From Saprospiraceae bacterium (lineage in GTDB: Bacteria; Bacteroidota; Bacteroidia; Chitinophagales; Saprospiraceae), in assembly GCA_035269065.1 (NCBI GenBank), contig DATFJT010000075.1, positions 1-54,493 of the forward strand: a stretch of DNA of 54,493 nucleotides. Direction: 5' to 3'. A program made the position numbers and the translations under genes. Positions 10,431-20,205 of this stretch are shown piece after piece (within the stretch, counting starts at the first letter, position 1; every line of letters begins with the position of its first letter). The notes under the pieces are model-generated. The model searched no databases. It was given only the letters and a program-made list of their open reading frames with translations, and was not told the origin of the DNA.

Positions 10431-11161
10431 GGTTTTATAGCATACAATACCGGTCGACTCGGACTTACATCTAAATCTATAGCTAATACTTGTAAATTCA
10501 AAACGTATTTACCGGCTTGAATGTTCTCTGGAAGCCGTATCAATTCCGTTATTGTCTTATGCTTTTGCCATTCTCCGTCTATATTCCAAAAAGCATGGTG
10601 AGCTAATAGTTTACCCCCGTCTTCCTCCTTATCCAACGAAGGCCACTCCACTAAGATGTGTTCTATGCCATTTTTATTGACCAAATCAATGGTACTGGCA
10701 TGAAAATATACCGGGTTTTTCTCAGTAAACTGTCCATCATAGGCCTTAATTTTCGGGGTTCTCACGATCAATGCCTCCGTATCTTCCGGCCACATGGCAT
10801 CTATATCTTCCGGCATCACAACCTGGTCTCCATTCTCTTTTTGGGTTAAGCCCGCATCTATCAGGTAGGCATTGTACAGAAACTTCTCAATACAGTTCGT
10901 CAAATAATGACCATTGTGGATGTGCCCATAACATTCCGTGTGCGTTGTAGTGCCATGGGGGTTTATATGTATGTTGAAAAAATTGACTGGTGACCCCTTC
11001 TCGATAGAACCGATATAATTTCCCGATGTAAAAGGGTCAAATCTTGGAGGGGCGGCTCCAAAACATTCAGGTATATTTACTCCATCCTTAATGGGAAAGG
11101 AAAGATCAATCGGTTGGTCCCAACATACATTTTCTGTCCACAAGGTCTTCCTCATTACCAA
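10427..11161 (-). CDS. cyclase-family (arylformamidase-like) protein
   Basis: INPHGTTTHTECYGH resembles the HxGTHxDxPxH metal motif of the putative cyclase / kynurenine formamidase fold. Weak, motif-only call. Confidence 0.45.
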   Translation of the reverse strand: MVMRKTLWTENVCWDQPIDLSFPIKDGVNIPECFGAAPPRFDPFTSGNYIGSIEKGSPVNFFNIHINPHGTTTHTECYGHIHNGHYLTNCIEKFLYNAYLIDAGLTQKENGDQVVMPEDIDAMWPEDTEALIVRTPKIKAYDGQFTEKNPVYFHASTIDLVNKNGIEHILVEWPSLDKEEDGGKLLAHHAFWNIDGEWQKHKTITELIRLPENIQAGKYVLNLQVLAIDLDVSPSRPVLYAIKP

Positions 11162-12036
11162 TTTCTAAAATCTCTACCCCACCCCAATTTGCGGCGGATG
11201 GTTTCAATAAACTCTTCTTTTTCAAAACGCACCAATTTGACACAGAAGTTTTCCTTGACCACTTTTAGCTCTGTTTCTTCTGAAATGGTCTCCTTTCTGC
11301 TATCCATTGTACATAAAAAATTAGACCCCCTGCCTTCTACCCTGAAACTCAGTTCCACATTATCCGGTAACACCATAGGCCGGACGTTAAGATTATGAGG
11401 GGATACCGGGGTCAGCACAAAATTAGCACTCGTTGGGTAAATTATAGGTCCTCCACAACTCAATGAATAGGCGGTACTTCCTGTCGGTGTGCTGACAATG
11501 AGGCCATCACACCAATAAGAATTCAAATATTGACCATTCAAATACGCATGTATGGTGACCATGGAAGAACTGTCACTTTTCAAGACAGCAAATTCATTAA
11601 GCGCAATATTGTCATCTCCAAAAAGCCCGTTCTCTGTTTCTAACCGTACCAAGCTGCGGTCTTCTGTATAGTATTCTCCAGCTATAATTTTATCTAAATG
11701 AAGCTTAACCGTGCGTTTTTCCACATTAGCAAGAAATCCGAGACGACCCATATTGATACCAACGACTGGTATCTCTAATCCTCTTATATAGGTCACAAGT
11801 TTCAATATGGTACCATCTCCCCCCAGGCTAAAAATATAATCTGGTTGATACTGCTTGAGTTCTGAGTGAGAAGCCCAACTACTCCAATCACTAAGATCCG
11901 CCCATTGAGATAAAAAATCTCTCATAGGCTCAAATATGAGCAGATCTGCACCATTCTCTCGTAATATGCTCAATGCCTGAAGCAGATCATTTCTTTTACT
12001 GTCGTCAAAACCTATACTGAACAGCGCAATTTTCAC
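11155..12036 (-). CDS. nadK: NAD kinase
   Basis: GGDGT motif (SLGGDGTILK), a conserved NE..V segment and TPTGSTAYSLS(C)GGPI. Confidence 0.92.
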   Translation of the reverse strand: MKIALFSIGFDDSKRNDLLQALSILRENGADLLIFEPMRDFLSQWADLSDWSSWASHSELKQYQPDYIFSLGGDGTILKLVTYIRGLEIPVVGINMGRLGFLANVEKRTVKLHLDKIIAGEYYTEDRSLVRLETENGLFGDDNIALNEFAVLKSDSSSMVTIHAYLNGQYLNSYWCDGLIVSTPTGSTAYSLSCGGPIIYPTSANFVLTPVSPHNLNVRPMVLPDNVELSFRVEGRGSNFLCTMDSRKETISEETELKVVKENFCVKLVRFEKEEFIETIRRKLGWGRDFRNW

Positions 12037-12048
12037 CTTTGGTCTACT

Positions 12049-13449
12049 TTATTCTCTGTTAAAACTAAAATGTACAAATACCCCACTTTCACCTAAATGA
12101 TTCCAACTGTATTGCAAACTAAATAAAAACCGGCGGAATACGAGCACATCAATACCAACTCCAGCTCCCGAAAGAAGCGGGCCTACCAAATCGTTTTCAT
12201 GATGATTCTGATAGTCTCTATATGCCCGGGCCATATCTGCAAATGCATTAAAGTACCACAGCACAGGAATATCTCGGTTAACACCGGCCCTCTTTGATAA
12301 CTTGTTCAAGAACGGTTCCATATTCCAAAAAGGGTATCGGTAATCTGCTTTCAATAACCAATAGTTTGCAGCAGGCACTGAATACAGTTCGTATCCCCGC
12401 ACAATTCGGTCATCAAAACCTATTGCTCTGGAGAAGCGATAACCATATGGGTTTTGAAGCATTTGCATTCTACCTCTCATACCGAGTGCCAACAGTCCCA
12501 GCTGATCCAGTTTTACATAATAATTCGCCCTCAAAAGCCCCTCCAGCACGTCATTGGCTTCGCCGGTATAAAATGCATACTGTAGCAAAGTCTCACATCT
12601 GTAACCACTGGTTGGAAACCTCCTGTTATCCCTTGTGTCTGCGATGTGCCTCAAACCAAATCGATATTCCTGTTCTATCTGACGTCCAGAGTTGAGAAAA
12701 TATGAATTCAGTTTATACAAAGCTCTGTCCATGCTCCGATGACTAAACGCAAAGCTTCCCTCCACCCATTGTCTTGATTTCAACCGGTATTGCAGTCCTA
12801 TTTTACCGGTCCACTGTTTAAACAAGCTTCCCCGATCATCCAAGCCGGCAAAAACCTCTTTATTATCAATAGTTAGAAAGGCAATGTCCTGGAACGCCTG
12901 GTATTCAGTTTTAACAAGGCCGGACCATTTTCCTTCCTTGTCTATATTTGGCAGAAAATAGAAAAGTTCATAATCCTGGTTAAAGCCCGTCGTCAATGTC
13001 AAGTCAAGCACATCATTGTGCCCAAACAAATTGAACAAATAAACCAACCCTCCATAATTCAATCGCTCTGGTGCGGCATCAAATCGATCCAACCAGACAT
13101 TGATATCTCTATCTGCTGCTTCAACATATGGGACAAAAAAGAAATTGATGCTTTTTTTTAAATACCAGGTCAGTATTTTTTGCCTATCCGGACCGGATAA
13201 TTGCCAGGATACACTATCCAGGATGCGCATGTCACTCAATTCTTTGGCTGCAGCATCCAAATGCAATTTAATCTTGTCCTTTGCCAAGGTGTCTCCCTGG
13301 TAAATACCACTTTTGAGTTGAACAACATGTAACTTTAGGCGACTATCTCCTGTCAGCTTTATTTCCTCTAAAACTATTGATTCCTGGGTATGAGCCAGAC
13401 CTGGTAAGAAAAGGAATACCAGGAAAAAAATGCTCCCAGCTTTAAACAT
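12049..13449 (-). CDS. outer-membrane beta-barrel protein, Omp85/BamA-like
   Basis: Signal peptide (FLVFLFLPGLAHTQ), one POTRA-like N-terminal segment (IVLEEIKLTGDSRL), alternating aromatic/hydrophobic barrel pattern to the C terminus. Confidence 0.55.
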   Translation of the reverse strand: MFKAGSIFFLVFLFLPGLAHTQESIVLEEIKLTGDSRLKLHVVQLKSGIYQGDTLAKDKIKLHLDAAAKELSDMRILDSVSWQLSGPDRQKILTWYLKKSINFFFVPYVEAADRDINVWLDRFDAAPERLNYGGLVYLFNLFGHNDVLDLTLTTGFNQDYELFYFLPNIDKEGKWSGLVKTEYQAFQDIAFLTIDNKEVFAGLDDRGSLFKQWTGKIGLQYRLKSRQWVEGSFAFSHRSMDRALYKLNSYFLNSGRQIEQEYRFGLRHIADTRDNRRFPTSGYRCETLLQYAFYTGEANDVLEGLLRANYYVKLDQLGLLALGMRGRMQMLQNPYGYRFSRAIGFDDRIVRGYELYSVPAANYWLLKADYRYPFWNMEPFLNKLSKRAGVNRDIPVLWYFNAFADMARAYRDYQNHHENDLVGPLLSGAGVGIDVLVFRRFLFSLQYSWNHLGESGVFVHFSFNRE

Positions 13450-14095
13450 TCAAATAATTCAGGAAATAGTCGTAACGGTCCTGATAAGAGCTTTCGAAAT
13501 TACCTTCCACATAACTTTGAGCTACCGTATACCCCAAACGCTCGAAAGTGGCTATGATTTTAGACAAGTCATCCGTGCCCAACTTCAGGGTGACCTCCAG
13601 GCGGTCAAAAATGTTTCTAATACTTACACCCAAAATGTAGGAAGCTTCTGATTCAACAAGCCGACTAATTTCTGTAAGTGAATAATCTCTTTTTTGAATA
13701 CTCAAAACCAAAATACTCCCGCGTTCACTGAACATAAGATCTTCCGACAGATAATTGAAGAGTCCCTGTTTTGTGATTACGCTTTGATAATGCTGGTTCA
13801 CATCAACAACGGGTATAATTGAAACTTTAAAGGTTTTCATCAATTGAATTGCCTCTGCAACATGCTGGTTTTCCGTTATGCATACGGTCTTTAATTCTTT
13901 AATGCTGTGGTCCCAGGGTAAATTTGGTTCTGCATCCAATAGCTGCTCCTCTGAGATCAAACCCTTGTACATACAATCCTCTACCACGGGCAATTCCTCA
14001 ATACCAAATAAGTTCATCCGCTCGTACACATTCTGAGCTAACTCTCCCATGTTGACTGGGTTGATTTCTACCTCATTGTAACTTTCAGACCACAT
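13442..14095 (-). CDS. CBS-domain pair protein
   Basis: Two CBS-like repeats (..LPVVED..YKGLISEEQLL and ..IPVVDVNQHYQSVITKQGL). Abuts the upstream gene and overlaps the downstream gene by 8 nt. Confidence 0.7.
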   Translation of the reverse strand: MWSESYNEVEINPVNMGELAQNVYERMNLFGIEELPVVEDCMYKGLISEEQLLDAEPNLPWDHSIKELKTVCITENQHVAEAIQLMKTFKVSIIPVVDVNQHYQSVITKQGLFNYLSEDLMFSERGSILVLSIQKRDYSLTEISRLVESEASYILGVSIRNIFDRLEVTLKLGTDDLSKIIATFERLGYTVAQSYVEGNFESSYQDRYDYFLNYLNV

Positions 14096-15289
14096 TTATA
14101 AAAATTTACATGTCAGCAAGGTCAAGTCATCTACGAAATCCTGCTTTGCTGCGAAATCTCTCGCTTCGGCCAGCAACAAATGAATCACGTCCCTGCTATC
14201 CATATGACAATTATCCCTTAGTAGCTGTTCAATAATATTTATATTAAAAAACGATTCTTCCTGGTTCATTATTTCTGTCAGTCCATCAGTATACAGCAAT
14301 AGTTGCATTCCTTTCTGCACGTCAATCTCTCGCTCCTCTTGTTTTTCTAAAGCCACTACGCTTCCTAGTACGGGACTGGTTGCCTCTAATAATTGAGAAT
14401 CTTCATTTTCACCATTGTTCATCAGTAATGGTGGGTTATGTCCCGCATTAACATAATATAGTTTTTGACTCTGTACATCATATCGTGCTAGAAACATGGA
14501 GGCGAAGCGATCACCGCCTAACATTTCGTGAATGGTGGCATTAATTTCACTCAAAATTTCATTCAAGTTCCGGGTGCGTTTGATCAGTGTTCTTAAAATC
14601 GCCTGAATGTTAGACATGAGTAACGCTGCAGCTACGCCTTTGCCGGAAATATCTGCAATGGCCAGCAATATTTCGCGATCAGACGTACTCACAATATCAT
14701 AGTAATCTCCTCCTACATCTAATTTCGGCTTGTAGAAACCATGAATATCTACGTATTTATTTTTGAGAAACTCACTCGGCATCAAACGATTCTGCATATT
14801 CATCGCAAACATCATTTCCTGACGCAAAATTTCCTGGTCAACCTGTCTTTTAAAAAGCCTTTTGTTTTCAATTGCGACGGCAATAATATTTGTAATGGTA
14901 ATAATGAACTGCAAGCGCTCTAACAAGTCGCTGTCACCCGAGGTACCACCAATGAAGGAGAATGCCAGTGAACGGTCTTTATGGAAAACCGGGATAACTA
15001 CATCAAATTCTGATATGACTTCATTCTCATGATTGTAAATGTACTTCATCTTATCGAAGTCCTTGATATACGGTCCAATATCAAAGCGCACGATAAACTC
15101 GGGTACACCATGATGAGTGACACACTCATAACCATCATCAGTTGAAACAAATAGTGCCATTCTCTCAATACCCATTTCCCAGCTCAAAAAAGACTGGTAC
15201 ATCCTGTACAATTCGTCAGCAGAAACATTATTATTTATGGCCTGGGTAATGTTCAATAAATTATTGATTTGAAGCTGCTTGAGGTTCAA
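14096..15289 (-). CDS. GAF-domain PP2C/SpoIIE-family serine phosphatase
   Basis: N-terminal GAF-like half. The C-terminal half has the GGDYYD and ADISGKGV..AL metal-binding motifs of the RsbU/SpoIIE family, and LLLYTDGLTE. Confidence 0.85.
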   Translation of the reverse strand: MNLKQLQINNLLNITQAINNNVSADELYRMYQSFLSWEMGIERMALFVSTDDGYECVTHHGVPEFIVRFDIGPYIKDFDKMKYIYNHENEVISEFDVVIPVFHKDRSLAFSFIGGTSGDSDLLERLQFIITITNIIAVAIENKRLFKRQVDQEILRQEMMFAMNMQNRLMPSEFLKNKYVDIHGFYKPKLDVGGDYYDIVSTSDREILLAIADISGKGVAAALLMSNIQAILRTLIKRTRNLNEILSEINATIHEMLGGDRFASMFLARYDVQSQKLYYVNAGHNPPLLMNNGENEDSQLLEATSPVLGSVVALEKQEEREIDVQKGMQLLLYTDGLTEIMNQEESFFNINIIEQLLRDNCHMDSRDVIHLLLAEARDFAAKQDFVDDLTLLTCKFL

Positions 15290-15369
15290 TTCCTTTTTTA
15301 ACTGTTCACTCCCCGATATTTTTCTTGGCTCTCTTCTCAGTACCAGAGATTTTTTATGTTTACAATCTG

Positions 15370-16107
15370 ATGAAACACCCTAAAGTTAGCTTCATTTTTA
15401 TACATGGCTTTTGTTTCGGTCCAAGTTTATGGGCCGATCTCATTCCTCATTTTGAGAAATACTCTAGTCATCTCGTCAATTACTCCCTTTACAATCAAAC
15501 CCATCACCAAAGTTTTCATGTTGATAGAACGATGGAGGACCTCAAGCAAATTGTGCAAACCCGACCAGATCATAAATGGATACTTGTTGGGCATTCCCTC
15601 GGTGGTTATTTAAGCCTTGAGATGATACATCAACACAAAGAGTTGATTAGTGGCTGCTTTATGATTAACAGTCACCTGCATATGGATACAGAGAATAAAA
15701 AAAGAGTGAGAAACAAACAAATACGACTCATCGAAAAACGTGGATTGAAAGCCTATTTACGCGTATTCTACAACAATATAGATCCAATCAATGCCCATAA
15801 ATGGCAAAAAGAATTTGGACCAAATTTGAATAAGAGAATGGTTTTAGATCACCTGGCATATATGAGAGATAGAGAGGTAAATTTCGATTCAATACGCGAT
15901 TTTTCAAGGGATAAATACCTGGGAATTATACATGCCAAGGACGACAATATCATCAGTAATAAAAATGTATTCAGCAAATTATCCCGGTTAAGTCAGGCAC
16001 AAATACAGGTGATACCTGGTGGTCATTTGTCCCCCCTGAATCAAGTGGATGCCTGTGCAAAAGCGCTGCCCAAAATGTGGCCTCATTTAAGTTTCTTATT
16101 GGCTTGA
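15370..16107 (+). CDS. alpha/beta-fold hydrolase
   Basis: FIHGF oxyanion segment and GHSLGG nucleophile elbow. Start moved to the ATG at 15370 because the track start at 15325 is TTG. Confidence 0.7.
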   Translation: MKHPKVSFIFIHGFCFGPSLWADLIPHFEKYSSHLVNYSLYNQTHHQSFHVDRTMEDLKQIVQTRPDHKWILVGHSLGGYLSLEMIHQHKELISGCFMINSHLHMDTENKKRVRNKQIRLIEKRGLKAYLRVFYNNIDPINAHKWQKEFGPNLNKRMVLDHLAYMRDREVNFDSIRDFSRDKYLGIIHAKDDNIISNKNVFSKLSRLSQAQIQVIPGGHLSPLNQVDACAKALPKMWPHLSFLLA

Positions 16108-16424
16108 TGACGGTCTTTATCCCTCCATGTTTTCTTCTTGATGTTCTCCTTAAGAATATCCTCAATAGAAATATCCATTTGATTGGCTAAGCATGTCAAC
16201 ACAAAAAAGATGTCCGCCATCTCTGACTGAATTTCCATTTTTGCTTCCTCATCACTCCTCGTCTTTTTAAAACTTTGTTCCCCGTGAACACGAGCAATAT
16301 AGCGGGCAAATTCTCCGCACTCCTCCATTAGGAGAATAGTGTTGGTTTTTACATCAAAATAGCGGACTCCAACATCTCTTATCCAGCCATCTACTTCCTT
16401 TTGCCACTGATTGAACGTCATCAT
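16083..16424 (-). CDS. MazG-like nucleotide pyrophosphohydrolase
   Basis: Small all-helical protein with EECGEF and E..D (EMADIFFVL) metal motifs. Overlaps dtd by 4 nt. Confidence 0.75.
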   Translation of the reverse strand: MMTFNQWQKEVDGWIRDVGVRYFDVKTNTILLMEECGEFARYIARVHGEQSFKKTRSDEEAKMEIQSEMADIFFVLTCLANQMDISIEDILKENIKKKTWRDKDRHQANKKLK

Positions 16425-16870
16425 TCCTTGTTTTTACTGTCCATCATAATTGTTACCGGTCCGTCCAGAGAAAGATTCAACTCCATATGCGCGCCGAAGA
16501 CACCAAAGGCCAAAGGCACAGAACTATTGCGTGTCAATTTTTCTACAAACCGCTCATACAATTCTTTTGCCTTCTCAGGTTTAGCTGCCCTAATAAAGGA
16601 TGGTCTGTTCCCTTTTTTGATGCTGGCAAATAAAGTAAATTGGCTAACTATTAGCAAAGATCCGCCAATATCTTCTACGTTTAGATTCATCTTTTCACCA
16701 TCAGAAAAAATACGCAGGTGCATGATCTTTTTTATCGTCCAGTCCATGTCATTCTCGGTATCGTCGTCTTCAAAACCTACAAGAACACATAGACCCTTGT
16801 CAATAGCACCAGACATTTCGCCTTTGACTAAGACATCTCCCTTTGAAACTAATTGTATCACTGCACGCAT
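16421..16870 (-). CDS. dtd: D-aminoacyl-tRNA deacylase
   Basis: 149 aa, MRAVIQ start, SQFTL motif and a C-terminal GPVT segment. Confidence 0.93.
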   Translation of the reverse strand: MRAVIQLVSKGDVLVKGEMSGAIDKGLCVLVGFEDDDTENDMDWTIKKIMHLRIFSDGEKMNLNVEDIGGSLLIVSQFTLFASIKKGNRPSFIRAAKPEKAKELYERFVEKLTRNSSVPLAFGVFGAHMELNLSLDGPVTIMMDSKNKE

Positions 16871-17340
16871 GAATCAACTTTTTCACAACAAATTATTTCA
16901 GAATGCTTAATAAGCAAAAACGGGCTTTCTCATAGGATTTATCCTTTACATGTTGTGGAAAAACATGTTGACAACTGCGGTTTAATTAACATTAAGAGCA
17001 ACAATTTCTGTGAATCAATCGCCTCAGCTGCATTTTCTACAATTATCAACAATGCACCCATTAGTCATTAACATGAATCTAATGAACAATGATCAACGAG
17101 TAAAAATCAACAAATTCACATTGAAATGATTTATTCCTTATTATATCACATGTCACCCCGCCCTTTAGGTGTGGATAAGCGGTAGGTAAATTGTTAAAAT
17201 ATTCCAAAATCAAGAATTTCACAAATCCACAGCCCTGATGATGATGAAGTTTAATGATTAAATAAAAAATTATTCATTATTAATAGAAAGGTGAAAATGC
17301 TCAAATGCAATAAACTGTTTCTTTTGAAAGAACGAAATAT
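16871..17340. other. oriC: candidate chromosomal replication origin (DnaA-box cluster in an AT-rich divergent intergenic region)
   Basis: 470 bp with no credible CDS. DnaA-box-like 9-mers: TTATCCACA perfect (17170-17178, minus). One mismatch: 16954-16962 (TTTTCCACA, minus) and 17043-17051 (TTATCAACA). Two mismatches: 16879-16887, 17009-17017, 17223-17231. Very AT-rich tract at 17240-17295. Eight of nine genes to the left (9909-16870) are on the minus strand, and all ten to the right (17341-26772) are on the plus strand. Confidence 0.4.
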
Positions 17341-18387
17341 ATGAGTAAGAATTCGAAAAGATACGTCCGTATTTGGTTGATTGCAGGTCTTGTTATGGTT
17401 TTCTTTCAAATCATCATTGGCGGTGTAACCAGGCTGACTGGTTCTGGTTTAAGCATTACAAAATGGGAAGTTGTTTCTGGAACTTTGCCGCCATTGAATG
17501 CGAAGCAATGGCAGGAAGAGTTTGATTTGTACAAGGATACCCCACAATACAAAAAGATCAATGTGGGAATGTCTATGAAAGAGTTTAAGTTTATCTATTT
17601 CTGGGAATTTTTTCATCGCTTGTGGGCCAGAAGTATTGGTTTTGTCTTTATTATACCATTTATATTCTTCCTTTCCCGAGGATGGTTGGATAAAAAGTTG
17701 ATTCGGCAATTATTAGTGCTTGTTGGATTGGGTGTGGTAGTCGCTTTTTTTGGCTGGATTATGGTCAAGAGTGGATTAAATGATCGACCCTGGGTTAGTG
17801 CATATAAATTGGCCATGCACCTGAGTTTAGCTCTGGTCGTCTTTAGTTATCTGCTGCATATTTATTTGGATTATTCTGGCCAAAAACCGGTTGTTAGAAA
17901 TACTTTCCTCAAAGGATTGAGCGTATTTTTTCTTGTTCTCTTGGCCATACAGATTATTTATGGAGCATTAATGAGTGGTATGCATGCTGGTTTGACTTAT
18001 CCAACCTGGCCTAAAATAGGCGCTCATTGGCTGCCGCCAGCTTTGTTTGAAACAACCAATTATTTCGCAGCAGATTTTTGGAAGTACGAAAACAATACTT
18101 TTGTTCAGTTACTTGTTCATTTCTTACATCGTGGAACGGCATATCTTTTGCTGTTGACTGGCGTGATAATGTGGTGGTTCAGCCGAACAAGTGGTAAATT
18201 AGAGCTAATAAGAGTTCCTTTACTGTGGGTGAGCGTTTTATTGTTGGCACAAGTAATATTAGGAATTATAACTGTTTTATCCTGTAAAGGAGAAATTCCA
18301 GTATTTTGGGGTTCGGTGCATCAAGGAACAGCCATACTGCTGTTGGCAAGTGCATGGGTACTGAATAAAAAAATTGCAAGTGCATAA
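17341..18387 (+). CDS. ctaA: heme A synthase (COX15/CtaA family)
   Basis: Polytopic membrane protein with GGVTRLTGSGLSITKW near the N terminus and conserved His-containing helices (FFHRLWA, VHFLHRG). Confidence 0.88.
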   Translation: MSKNSKRYVRIWLIAGLVMVFFQIIIGGVTRLTGSGLSITKWEVVSGTLPPLNAKQWQEEFDLYKDTPQYKKINVGMSMKEFKFIYFWEFFHRLWARSIGFVFIIPFIFFLSRGWLDKKLIRQLLVLVGLGVVVAFFGWIMVKSGLNDRPWVSAYKLAMHLSLALVVFSYLLHIYLDYSGQKPVVRNTFLKGLSVFFLVLLAIQIIYGALMSGMHAGLTYPTWPKIGAHWLPPALFETTNYFAADFWKYENNTFVQLLVHFLHRGTAYLLLLTGVIMWWFSRTSGKLELIRVPLLWVSVLLLAQVILGIITVLSCKGEIPVFWGSVHQGTAILLLASAWVLNKKIASA

Positions 18388-18778
18388 GGTTTATCTTTCT
18401 TTTATTGCGTCATTATTTCTGCTGAATTCAGCAGCGAGTGGGCAGGTTATTATTGACGAACCAGAAGAGATTATAAGCCTGCAAGAAAAAATCTTGTCTG
18501 AGAATCGTGAGAAGGATACAGACGCGGGATGGAGAATTCAGATACTTGCAACGACGGAAAGAAGAAATATGGATAAGGAGACAGTTCTCTTCGAAAAACG
18601 CTTTCCGGATTTAGAGCGCACAGAAAAATACAAAAAGCCATATTATCGAATTTTAACAGGTGCACAGAAGGAGAGAATGGGGTTGTATCCATTGTTGCAG
18701 AGGGTGCAAAAATATTATCCCTCAGCCTTTATTATTAAAGATCCGGAAATACCGAAAGAAGAGTTTTTCTCATATTAA
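18374..18778 (+). CDS. SPOR-domain protein
   Basis: Signal/anchor segment followed by a SPOR-like repeat (GWRIQILATT.....A......FPDL....KYKKPYYRILTG.F). No ATG near the start: TTG at 18374 or GTG at 18380. Confidence 0.65.
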   Translation: MQVHKVYLSFIASLFLLNSAASGQVIIDEPEEIISLQEKILSENREKDTDAGWRIQILATTERRNMDKETVLFEKRFPDLERTEKYKKPYYRILTGAQKERMGLYPLLQRVQKYYPSAFIIKDPEIPKEEFFSY

Positions 18779-18786
18779 ATTCCCTT

Positions 18787-20205
18787 ATGCCAGGTATCAG
18801 CAATTTCGCTTCTACCCACCGGGATCTGGTTTCAATTGCCTTGTATGTGGCCTTGTTGATTGTGGGCTGGTTGCTGCAGTATTCTACAGCAGGGGGGGAG
18901 ACAATAAGCGAAATATTTCAGTTTGAGCAGGTACAGTTTGCCAAGCACAGTGTTTGGGTTCTCGGGGCCTTATTTATTTTCTGGCTGATCCAATTCATTC
19001 CACGACGTATTTGGGGATCTCTTTCATGGATTTTTTACGTTCTCTCTCTTTTACTTTTATTCTTGGTTTTGTTGATGGGGTCGGATGTGAAGGGTGCTCA
19101 ATCCTGGATTAAGCTGGGTGGATTGAGTGTGCAACCATCTGAATTGGCTAAACTCAGTACTTTTCTGGTATTATCTACCTTTCTCAGTAATATATCTGTC
19201 AATGTAACGACGAATTACAACAGGGTTGTGGCTAATACGATTATTCTTATTCCCTTACTACTAATTTTACTTCAACCGGATGCTGGGAGTGCGTTGGTGT
19301 TCCTTGCTTCTTTTTTGGTTCTGTTTAGGGAGGGCTATTCCCCTTTACCTTTATATTTTGCCGTTAGTCTGGCCTTCATATTTATACTTACAATTAAGTT
19401 CTCTGTAGTGCTTGTTCTTCTGCTTCTTGTTGTCCTTTATGACATTATCTTACTAAACAAGGCCAGGCAAGCAGAAAATATTTTCCTTATTTACACGGTA
19501 TTTGTGGCTTGTTCCCTGGTGGCAGCATACTATGGCTTCGCTCAATTGATGTTGTATATTCATCTTGTCATTGCATTGGTGGGCACGGCATATCTGGCTT
19601 TCAGACAAAAAGAAAGTTTATTCGTAATTATCATGGTGGCTGGTCTTGCTTTTTATGCCCTTGTAAGTACCAGTATAGAATACATGTTCAGAAATATACT
19701 CAAACCACATCAACAAGAGCGTATCCTTGTCTGGCTAGATCCCTCCAGTGGGGACCCCAGAGGATCTTTGTACAACGTTTTGCAATCAAAAATGGCCATA
19801 GGTTCAGGGCAGATGACGGGTAAAGGGTATTTGGAAGCGTATATGACAAAACTGGATTACATACCAGAACAGAATACGGATTTTGTTTTTTCCGCTTTGT
19901 CAGAGCAGTTTGGCTTTATTGGCGCATCGTTTGTTTTAATGTTGTTTCTCGGTCTGCTTTTACGCTTGTTGTATTTAGCAGAAAAACAGAAATCCCGTTT
20001 CTCAAGAATTTTCATGTTGTGCGTAGCTTGCTGTTTCTTTACTCATCTTTTCATCAACGTGGGTATGACCATGGGTTTGGTTCCGGTAATCGGTATACCT
20101 TTGCCTTTTTTAAGTTACGGAGGAACGGCCATGATGAGTTTTTCTATTATGTTGGCGATCTGTGTGGCTATTGACGATTCGAGGGAGACAGCACATGAAA
20201 TATGA
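18787..20205 (+). CDS. rodA: FtsW/RodA/SpoVE-family peptidoglycan polymerase (RodA-like)
   Basis: About 10 TM segments, SIQPSE-like motif (LSVQPSELAKL), QPDAGSA loop, C-terminal GIPLPFLSYGGTAM. Confidence 0.88.
   Translation: MPGISNFASTHRDLVSIALYVALLIVGWLLQYSTAGGETISEIFQFEQVQFAKHSVWVLGALFIFWLIQFIPRRIWGSLSWIFYVLSLLLLFLVLLMGSDVKGAQSWIKLGGLSVQPSELAKLSTFLVLSTFLSNISVNVTTNYNRVVANTIILIPLLLILLQPDAGSALVFLASFLVLFREGYSPLPLYFAVSLAFIFILTIKFSVVLVLLLLVVLYDIILLNKARQAENIFLIYTVFVACSLVAAYYGFAQLMLYIHLVIALVGTAYLAFRQKESLFVIIMVAGLAFYALVSTSIEYMFRNILKPHQQERILVWLDPSSGDPRGSLYNVLQSKMAIGSGQMTGKGYLEAYMTKLDYIPEQNTDFVFSALSEQFGFIGASFVLMLFLGLLLRLLYLAEKQKSRFSRIFMLCVACCFFTHLFINVGMTMGLVPVIGIPLPFLSYGGTAMMSFSIMLAICVAIDDSRETAHEI

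Noticed and set aside
16083-16424. MazG-like gene as part of a toxin-antitoxin (mazEF) module
   Set aside because: It is a nucleotide pyrophosphohydrolase fold with EExxE/ExxD motifs, coupled to dtd. No MazE or MazF-like ORFs are present.
16401-17071. Plus-strand ORFs 16401-16910 and 16853-17071, overlapping dtd and the long intergenic region
   Set aside because: The first is antisense to dtd. The second lies in the AT-rich DnaA-box region and has no coding-like composition. The region is better explained as non-coding.
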